From a virus (taxonomy: Duplodnaviria; Caudoviricetes): a DNA stretch of 25,154 nt. Shown piece after piece: positions 18,446-25,154 of the stretch. Numbering within the stretch: position 1 is the stretch's first letter; each line of letters begins with the position of its first letter. A program made the position numbers and the translations under genes. The notes beneath the pieces were generated by a model that searched no databases, was not told the origin of the DNA, and saw only the letters and a list, made by a program, of their open reading frames with translations. Location of the stretch: the IMG/VR virus record IMGVR_UViG_3300017774_003357, positions 1 through 25,154 of that record, one strand, 5' to 3'.

Positions 18446-19323
18446 TGGAATTACAAAAGGTAAAAATATTATTAGAGGATTATATAAGTAGAGAACCAAA
18501 TAGTTCATACGGTAGCTTAACTGCAACATCGTTTAGTCTGAATGTTTTTTTAACTCAAGAACTTAAAGATGTTGGTATGTTTTTAGATTCACCTACAATT
18601 CCTTATGATGTTAATTACCCACCATTATCTTACATACCAATACCACAGAAAATACTAGACTTTGGTGGTGGTAATTTTAATTTTATAACTCAACCAGGTT
18701 CTAATTTTTATCCAACTGGTAGTAATTATGATGATATTAGGTATAAATATAAATCACAGTTTGATTATTTTACAAATAATATAATCGTAAGTGGTTTAAC
18801 TGAAGATAGATTAGAAAATGTTGGTAGTTATGGTTATACTGGAAACACTAAATATATCCCAGGATTTGACATATCTAGTGGGTTATATTACAATTATGTG
18901 AATAATTTAATTAATGGTATAACTAGGGTTATAAGTATAAATGACTATAACCCAATTATATATACTGAAGATGGTGATATAAATGACCCAAATTTAGGAA
19001 CACAATTACAAGGTGAAGGTATATTATTTAAAACATATACTGGTCAGACTAGAGATGTTTATAATCCAATAACAACTATAGAAACGATACCATTAACTAA
19101 GATGTATTATCATGGTCAAGGTGTCAACCAAACAAATTCAACGCTATCAGCATTGACTATTGAGGAATATTTATTACATATAACTCAGAAACCAAAAGTG
19201 GATAGCGACCTATTTATAGATAGGGGTGAAACTAGTGTATTACAAAGTCATCTACAAATGTCTGAAATAACGACATTAGAACAACTAGTTAATTACAATA
19301 ACGGATATTATAATATGATTTAA
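18445..19323 (+). CDS. Hypothetical virion structural protein (292 aa)
   Basis: TAATG stop/start overlap with the upstream gene; Tyr/Asn/Gly/Thr-rich like its neighbours. Confidence 0.75.
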   Translation: MELQKVKILLEDYISREPNSSYGSLTATSFSLNVFLTQELKDVGMFLDSPTIPYDVNYPPLSYIPIPQKILDFGGGNFNFITQPGSNFYPTGSNYDDIRYKYKSQFDYFTNNIIVSGLTEDRLENVGSYGYTGNTKYIPGFDISSGLYYNYVNNLINGITRVISINDYNPIIYTEDGDINDPNLGTQLQGEGILFKTYTGQTRDVYNPITTIETIPLTKMYYHGQGVNQTNSTLSALTIEEYLLHITQKPKVDSDLFIDRGETSVLQSHLQMSEITTLEQLVNYNNGYYNMI

Positions 19324-19334
19324 ATTAAAATAAA

Positions 19335-20246
19335 ATGGCTACAGGAACATACGGAATAGTAAGACCAGCGGACGTAAACCCAACTGATGTTGAAATTACA
19401 GTTTTTTACTCACCAAATAGGAATTCAACTAACACTAAGAGCTTTAAATTAGCTTCTAGTAATTTAATAGAAATTGATAACCCAAACAAGACGGGAATTG
19501 GTTTTGAAATATTTGGTGGTCTTTATACATTAAAATTACCATTAGGTGATTTTAGCTCTAAAGGTATTTATACAATTGCAATAAAACCAGTTGAAATCAG
19601 AACTAAAATTGTTGACTGTGGTATATTGTCATCATCACCAGATATAAAAGGTATTATATTAGATGGTTCTGACCCAAATGTTTCAGCATTTATTGATAAA
19701 TTTGAAAATAATAATTTGGTTGGTTATAGAATTGAATACATAACACCAAATACTAGTGCAACCGACCTTAAATTAAGAAACTTTTTTAGAGTTGTAACAT
19801 CAAATAATAGAGCTGAACCAGTTAACCAAAATTTAACAAATACAAATCAAAAATCAATTAGATATCGTTTTAATGATAATTCCACATTGATTTTTTGTAC
19901 TGTATCACCAAGTTCTGAATCAAATGTAACACCTAATATATTTCCATTTATAGGTCAACCAAATCAAGAAATAATCATAACCAATACGTATTTTAATCCA
20001 ATCGTATTAGAGGTTGAAGTTGTTGAACATGATATTGAAACATTAGCAATTGGATTATTTGGTAATCAAAGTAAAGCACTTGAAGATGGAGTTTATACGT
20101 TATATAATTTTTCAAATGATATTTATAAACAATATAACTTATATGAAGTTAAAGATAGGTTCACTGGTAAACCATTATACGAGGTTAAACAAGAAAGACC
20201 ATCTATTGATTTCAGTAAAGGATATGATAATATAAGTAATTTGTAA
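19335..20246 (+). CDS. Hypothetical virion structural protein (303 aa)
   Basis: A-rich leader, beta-rich-looking sequence, 7 nt upstream of the gp7/gpI-like gene. Confidence 0.75.
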   Translation: MATGTYGIVRPADVNPTDVEITVFYSPNRNSTNTKSFKLASSNLIEIDNPNKTGIGFEIFGGLYTLKLPLGDFSSKGIYTIAIKPVEIRTKIVDCGILSSSPDIKGIILDGSDPNVSAFIDKFENNNLVGYRIEYITPNTSATDLKLRNFFRVVTSNNRAEPVNQNLTNTNQKSIRYRFNDNSTLIFCTVSPSSESNVTPNIFPFIGQPNQEIIITNTYFNPIVLEVEVVEHDIETLAIGLFGNQSKALEDGVYTLYNFSNDIYKQYNLYEVKDRFTGKPLYEVKQERPSIDFSKGYDNISNL

Positions 20247-20253
20247 TTAGATA

Positions 20254-23200
20254 ATGGCAGAAAATGATAATTTAATAAATGTACCTGGGTATGCTCAAAG
20301 GGTTTTTTATAATGATGGTATTCAGTATAGGAATTTTTCACCTGATTTAGTAGGTAATCAATATCTTGATAATACAAATACACCATTATTTACCTATGGT
20401 AATTTTGCTGTTTTAAAAAATACACAAGGTAGAATAGTAACTAATTACCCAAGTAAACCATATAGTAATTTTTTTACATTAAATAATATTAGTGCATCTC
20501 AACAAGTAATTAATTTAATATTTAATTCAGATATTAAAATTAATTTAAATATTGATGCTACTAAAATAGATAATTTTGCTTACTTTGGTTCTTCAACTGA
20601 ATTTATAAGAGTAACATTAGAATCGATAATAACTAAATGGCCAGCTTCAATATTTATTAAACCATTAGACAATGAAACGTATGGTGGTGTTTATACTGTT
20701 GAAAATTATACTTATGATTCATACTATAATACATCTAAATTTAAAGTAAAAAACAATTCATTTGTAAATAATTATGATATAATATACAATATAGGTGGTG
20801 CAAATTTAGTAAACTATGATAACACAATTAGAAATTTAATTGTAAATTATCAAACTTATGGTATTTTATATAATAATTCAGAATACCCAGTTATTGAATT
20901 TACTGGTTCAACATACTTGTATGATGATTATATTTATTTAAGAGTTAATGGTAATCCATTTCCAGAGGCATTAGTTGGACCACAATATTTAACTTATCAC
21001 ATTAAACCAAATAACCTTGAGGTTGAAAAATTCTTTTCATCATTAACAAAATTTGAAAATAACTTATTAAATCGATTAACACTACCAAAATATAAATCAA
21101 CATTTGATTACACATACATAACTGATGACGGAACAATATATGATACTAGTAAAGACTTAATTTGGCCAACTAGTGATGATTATAATTTAGATTTTAGTAC
21201 AAATGAGTATATAAATTACGTAACTCAGTTATTAGAAATTACAAACTCATTAGATGAAACTAAAAGTGACTTAATGGTTAGATTTTTAGTTGCTGAATCA
21301 ATATCTAATTTTGATACTGTACCTAGGTGTGATGGTACTGAAGAAGAAACTGCTGGTCAAAAAATGACCAAAACACTTAGAATATATGGTAGAGAGTTTG
21401 ATGAGATAAAACAATATATAGATGGTATAGCATATGCGAATAACATCACTTACGATAGAAAAGATAATGCTCCAGACCAAATGGTTAAATACATAGCCAG
21501 AATTTTAGGTTGGGAATTAACTAGTTCGGTTATTGAAAATGATTTATTAAAAGCATATTTAGATGTCCCAGAATCAACATATTCTGGACAAAGTAGAGGG
21601 TTAACAGCTGTTGAAGCTGAAATTGAATTATGGAGAAGATTAATATTGAATTCAGCCTGGTTATTTAAATCTAAAGGAACTAGAAAGGCTATCGAATTTT
21701 TATTTAAATTTATTGGTGCACCAGAAGGTCTTATAAATTTAAATGAGCACATATATGCAGCTAAAGCTAAAATTGATATGGATTTATTTTATGCAGCATT
21801 AGAAGCTAATAATTTGAGTACTGAGTTAGCTGATGCATATAACATAACCGAATTTGGATTTCCGAGAGCATTACCAAATACAACTGGTATGTATTTCCAA
21901 AAAGGTGGTTTATGGTATCGAGAAACCGCTGGTCAAAATGCAACTAATTATATTTTACAAGGTAATAACCCACATATTGGTCCTTACGATGGTGGTTATC
22001 AATACATAAACCAATTTAGAAATTTAATACCAGATTTCCAACCATTAGTATTAACATCGTCAACATATACAACAACTACAGCGGAATTATTTACCAATTA
22101 TAATAATGGTTTGGTAAATAATTATACTGGTGATACTTACGTTGATGTTGAAACCTGGTCTGGAGTCACATTAGAAGATTGTTTTCTATATGTTGCTGAT
22201 ATAATTAAAGACCCACACCCAACATACGAACAAACTGAATGTGGTTGTGATTTACCAACAGATGATTTATCATTATATATTGATATTGTAAGAAATGAAT
22301 ACACTGAAACTGAACAATTTGGTAACTGTAGTATTAGAATAACTGGTTATACATATGTTGATAATATAAACCCAAATTTTTATAACGAACCATTTGTGTA
22401 TAATTGGAATTATATAACATATAATCCTAATGGAACAGTAAACCCACAGTATTATGTATCACCATTTATATCACCAACTTGTTGTAAAGTTATAGTTGGT
22501 GGTTTATCTTATTTACATAATGAATATATAATTAATGCTGAAACTGGTAGACCAACATTAACAAATAGTGGTTATGTTTGCTGTAAAGTACCACCAACAA
22601 AACCAACGGATACGAGCACACCATTTACTGATTTTGGTTTTACAGGTATTGTACTTGACAACCCCAAAACAAATGGTGCTACCACTACAAATTTAAATTC
22701 AAAACCTTTAATTTCAAATGGTAATGCATGTGGTTGTTATTTAGGTTGTCAATGGAGATTAGCTGGACCTTTATTAGGTAATATGTATTCATATAATAAT
22801 AACATATACTTAAAATTTGTTACACCATTGAATTATTGGGGTACAACTGGCTCGGCAGAATATAGGGTATCAGTTGAATCTGATTCATGTATATGTCCAC
22901 CTATATTAACAATACCTGAAATTATTACTGACCCATATACTAACAAAGTTGGTTATGGTTGTAAATTAACTGACGATGGTAAAAAATTATTAACATTGTC
23001 ACAAAATGACCAAACATATGGTACAACAAATAGTTCACTATACCAATTGTTCTATCAAAAATCAGTAGGTATAGTTGGGTGTACATCATATGCTGTTAAA
23101 AAACCTTGTGAAATGAGTCTTGCAGTATTACCACAAATAAAATATAAAGATAGTGCTATAACAGTAACATTACCACAAATATTAAATGGTACAGCACCAT

Positions 23201-23406
23201 ATACTTATTTATGGGAAATAACAACACAAACTGGCCCATTTTCTACTTATACGTTTTTAAGTAGCAACACATTAGCATCACCACAAATTGGTCCTTTAAA
23301 TGGTATAAATGGTAATGGTGATGGTATGATTGAAATTAAATTAACAGTAACCGATTCAAATGGATGTAAAGCATCAACAAATGGGTCAATAGCAATTACT
23401 TCATAA
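20254..23406 (+). CDS. Baseplate wedge protein, gp7 / P2 gpI-like core with Cys-rich C-terminal extension and a terminal PKD/SprB-like Ig domain
   Basis: YIARILGWE...LWRRLILNSAWLFKSKGTRKAIEFLFKFIG resembles the gpI/gp7 KGT-x-x-AI motif; C-terminus has NGTAPYTYLW...IKLTVTDSNGC. Confidence 0.65.
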   Translation: MAENDNLINVPGYAQRVFYNDGIQYRNFSPDLVGNQYLDNTNTPLFTYGNFAVLKNTQGRIVTNYPSKPYSNFFTLNNISASQQVINLIFNSDIKINLNIDATKIDNFAYFGSSTEFIRVTLESIITKWPASIFIKPLDNETYGGVYTVENYTYDSYYNTSKFKVKNNSFVNNYDIIYNIGGANLVNYDNTIRNLIVNYQTYGILYNNSEYPVIEFTGSTYLYDDYIYLRVNGNPFPEALVGPQYLTYHIKPNNLEVEKFFSSLTKFENNLLNRLTLPKYKSTFDYTYITDDGTIYDTSKDLIWPTSDDYNLDFSTNEYINYVTQLLEITNSLDETKSDLMVRFLVAESISNFDTVPRCDGTEEETAGQKMTKTLRIYGREFDEIKQYIDGIAYANNITYDRKDNAPDQMVKYIARILGWELTSSVIENDLLKAYLDVPESTYSGQSRGLTAVEAEIELWRRLILNSAWLFKSKGTRKAIEFLFKFIGAPEGLINLNEHIYAAKAKIDMDLFYAALEANNLSTELADAYNITEFGFPRALPNTTGMYFQKGGLWYRETAGQNATNYILQGNNPHIGPYDGGYQYINQFRNLIPDFQPLVLTSSTYTTTTAELFTNYNNGLVNNYTGDTYVDVETWSGVTLEDCFLYVADIIKDPHPTYEQTECGCDLPTDDLSLYIDIVRNEYTETEQFGNCSIRITGYTYVDNINPNFYNEPFVYNWNYITYNPNGTVNPQYYVSPFISPTCCKVIVGGLSYLHNEYIINAETGRPTLTNSGYVCCKVPPTKPTDTSTPFTDFGFTGIVLDNPKTNGATTTNLNSKPLISNGNACGCYLGCQWRLAGPLLGNMYSYNNNIYLKFVTPLNYWGTTGSAEYRVSVESDSCICPPILTIPEIITDPYTNKVGYGCKLTDDGKKLLTLSQNDQTYGTTNSSLYQLFYQKSVGIVGCTSYAVKKPCEMSLAVLPQIKYKDSAITVTLPQILNGTAPYTYLWEITTQTGPFSTYTFLSSNTLASPQIGPLNGINGNGDGMIEIKLTVTDSNGCKASTNGSIAITS

Positions 23407-23459
23407 AATATTAAGAAAATAAAATTATATTGAATAATTATAGTAAAGAGATAGAATAG

Positions 23460-25154
23460 ATGCAAATAAAATGTCAACCATCACTAGATAACCCATGTTT
23501 AACTACCAGTCAAATAATTGATGGTGGTGGTGAAATTGTTCAACAAATTGATGGTTCTGTTTCAGTTTGGATAAATACTCAAGATGGTATTGTACCATAT
23601 AATAATATTAACACAAAACCATGTTGTGAGTATTTAGGTTATATTTTTGATGTTGAAAATCAAAAATGTTTATGGGATGATTCAATATCATGTGATACTT
23701 GTGAAATGAAAATTGTTATAAACCCAAATGGTAATGATGGTGATTATTTCTTTGTTAATGATAATTCAGAATGTAGTTTAGATATTGCGTTGGATTATAT
23801 TTTCAAATTTGATTGTTCAGCATTGGCAAGCGGTGAAACAGTAAACGAAAGTGCAATAGCAATACAAACACAAATTGATGAATTAACTACTTTACTTAAT
23901 GATAAAGAAGATGATTGTGTTTTATTAAGTGGAGCATGTGCACAATACACAAGTGTTTATACTGGTATGTGTTATACTATAGCAATTGGTAAACATATAT
24001 CCGATTATGATTCAAGTACATCAGATGCATTAGTTGGAATGCCACAGATACCAACTCATTCAACTATATGTTGTTTAACTGAAGAAGGTTTAATTAGGTG
24101 GCAATCAATTTTAGGTGATATTAAATATGAAGCTTGGTTAGCTTCAAACGGTTGTGATACTACAATATATACGAATATACAATCGTATCAATTATATACA
24201 GAAGGTAATGATTTTGCAATTGAAAATAACTTACCAAATCCATATTTTAACGAAACCGACTCAGCATTATGTGATAAACAAAATGCATATTTGCAAATGC
24301 AAGAAGTGTGTGGTGAATACCAATCTTGTTTAGATGAAATTACTGATTTAGAAACTCAAATAACTGATTTAGAAACTCAATTAGCCGCTTTAGGTGCTGA
24401 AGGTGTTTTATGTAATGACCCGATACAAAACTTAGAAGATTTTACAGCTTGGTTTTCATTGGATGCTGAAACAGATACACCAATGTTATATGAAACTGTA
24501 TATGAAGAACAAATATTTGGAATTGGTGAAGGTAACTTAATGCAATATATAATTGATAGTAATACATTAAGTGGTATTATTATTAGTGGTGAAACTGGTG
24601 TATTACCACCATTTAATACAGTTCAAGAAACATGTGATTATGATGAGATATGTAAAACTAAAAGAGATGCATTTATTAGACAACTTTATCTTAATCAATA
24701 TTTACCAGTTTTTGGTGAACCAGTAAATAGTTTAGAAAATAAAGAACTTTTAGATTTAATGGGTGGTTGGTATAACTCATCTTGGTTAAGTTATAATACA
24801 ACATTAAATGACCCAGATTTAATTGAAAAAATTAAAAATAGAAAAATAAGAATAAGTATTAAAGTTAATACTTGTTGTTTAGATTTTGGTATTTTATTAG
24901 ATAAATTAAAAGTAACTCAAAATTGTTTAAATATTGAAAATACTTTTATCAAAATAACTGACCCAATTGGTTTTGAACTTGATAAAATAGTTGATAATAA
25001 AAAATCTTGGGTTTCAAATGAATTTCCAGAAAAAAGATATTACGAATTAGACTGGAGAAATACCGAATATAATATTAACGATTATAGGTTATCAATTAAT
25101 ACTAAAGAAATTGATTTAAACATTGACCCAGCAAAAGCAATTGAAGGTGTCCAT
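23460..25154 (+). CDS. Truncated (>565 aa) Cys-rich structural protein with coiled-coil segments, not in the ORF track
   Basis: ATG at 23460 (MQIKCQPSLDNPCLTTSQIIDGGGEIVQQ...). My manual translation stays open to the window end (...LSINTKEIDLNIDPAKAIEGVH). TAATTATA ends 17 nt upstream. Confidence 0.85.
   Translation, partial: MQIKCQPSLDNPCLTTSQIIDGGGEIVQQIDGSVSVWINTQDGIVPYNNINTKPCCEYLGYIFDVENQKCLWDDSISCDTCEMKIVINPNGNDGDYFFVNDNSECSLDIALDYIFKFDCSALASGETVNESAIAIQTQIDELTTLLNDKEDDCVLLSGACAQYTSVYTGMCYTIAIGKHISDYDSSTSDALVGMPQIPTHSTICCLTEEGLIRWQSILGDIKYEAWLASNGCDTTIYTNIQSYQLYTEGNDFAIENNLPNPYFNETDSALCDKQNAYLQMQEVCGEYQSCLDEITDLETQITDLETQLAALGAEGVLCNDPIQNLEDFTAWFSLDAETDTPMLYETVYEEQIFGIGEGNLMQYIIDSNTLSGIIISGETGVLPPFNTVQETCDYDEICKTKRDAFIRQLYLNQYLPVFGEPVNSLENKELLDLMGGWYNSSWLSYNTTLNDPDLIEKIKNRKIRISIKVNTCCLDFGILLDKLKVTQNCLNIENTFIKITDPIGFELDKIVDNKKSWVSNEFPEKRYYELDWRNTEYNINDYRLSINTKEIDLNIDPAKAIEGVH
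24339..24380 (+). repeat. 21-nt in-frame tandem duplication encoding heptad ITDLETQ x2
   Basis: ATTACTGATTTAGAAACTCAA / ATAACTGATTTAGAAACTCAA (1 mismatch). Confidence 0.9.

Larger units (their letters stand above)
1..25154 (+). mobile_element. Segment of a large T4-like myovirus (probable jumbo phage, likely Bacteroidota host): replication module followed by baseplate/tail module
   Basis: Co-oriented gp32-like SSB, UvsX, 5'-3' exonuclease, DnaB-like helicase, RNR, and gp25/gp6-like baseplate genes. No bacterial housekeeping genes or integrase. Very short intergenic spaces. Confidence 0.9.

Noticed and set aside
18108-20235. Alternative-frame + strand ORFs 18108-18308 and 20050-20235
   Set aside because: Fully nested in longer genes, with the Met/Leu/Ile-rich composition typical of off-frame reading of AT-rich codons.
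2386-23477. Short minus-strand ORFs in the track (2386-2568, 4321-4533, 5608-5796, 11125-11373, 12020-12280, 12455-12715, 13688-13891, 15795-16058, 20123-20386, 21298-21480, 21450-21752, 23247-23477)
   Set aside because: All lie largely antisense to well-supported + strand genes and have no recognisable motifs; they look like shadow ORFs.
1-25154. Stop-codon reassignment (TAG or TGA recoding as in some large Bacteroidota phages)
   Set aside because: Genes are full length under the standard code with high coding density. The single TAG stop (gp6) is followed by an in-frame TAA three codons later, so nothing requires recoding.
8817-25154. Bacterial eCIS, tailocin or T6SS locus
   Set aside because: Directly linked to a phage replication module, with no host genes or secretion-system components.
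1-25154. CRISPR array, tRNA/ncRNA genes or DGR template/variable repeats
   Set aside because: Intergenic gaps are about 100 nt or less and AT-rich. I saw no spaced direct repeats, cloverleafs, reverse transcriptase or long near-identical repeat pair by eye; a computational scan was not possible.

Overview
AT-rich, gene-dense fragment of a large T4-like contractile-tailed (myovirus, probably jumbo) phage, with all real genes on the + strand. The host is probably Bacteroidota/Flavobacteriia: leaders are A-rich with no Shine-Dalgarno, the class Ia RNR is of the eukaryote-like type, and tail proteins carry SprB-like repeats. Bases 57-8734 are a replication/recombination/nucleotide module: gp32-like SSB, UvsX/RecA, a 27-aa micro-ORF, 5'-3' exonuclease, an orphan, DnaB/gp41 helicase, nrdB and nrdA, closed by an intrinsic terminator. 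Bases 8817-25154 are a baseplate/tail module: gp25, gp6-like wedge, a small membrane protein, a 1445-aa protein, four uncharacterised proteins, a 1050-aa gp7/P2-gpI-like wedge and a truncated >565-aa ORF missing from the ORF track. The best candidate for an undescribed system is this baseplate apparatus. It combines gliding-adhesin (SprB-like) Ig repeats, an internal membrane-like hydrophobic segment, a neighbouring small membrane protein and several unusually Cys-rich domains. A TAnTTAT(A/T) motif recurs 14-17 nt upstream of several starts. All family calls come from motifs recognised by eye; no searches were run.
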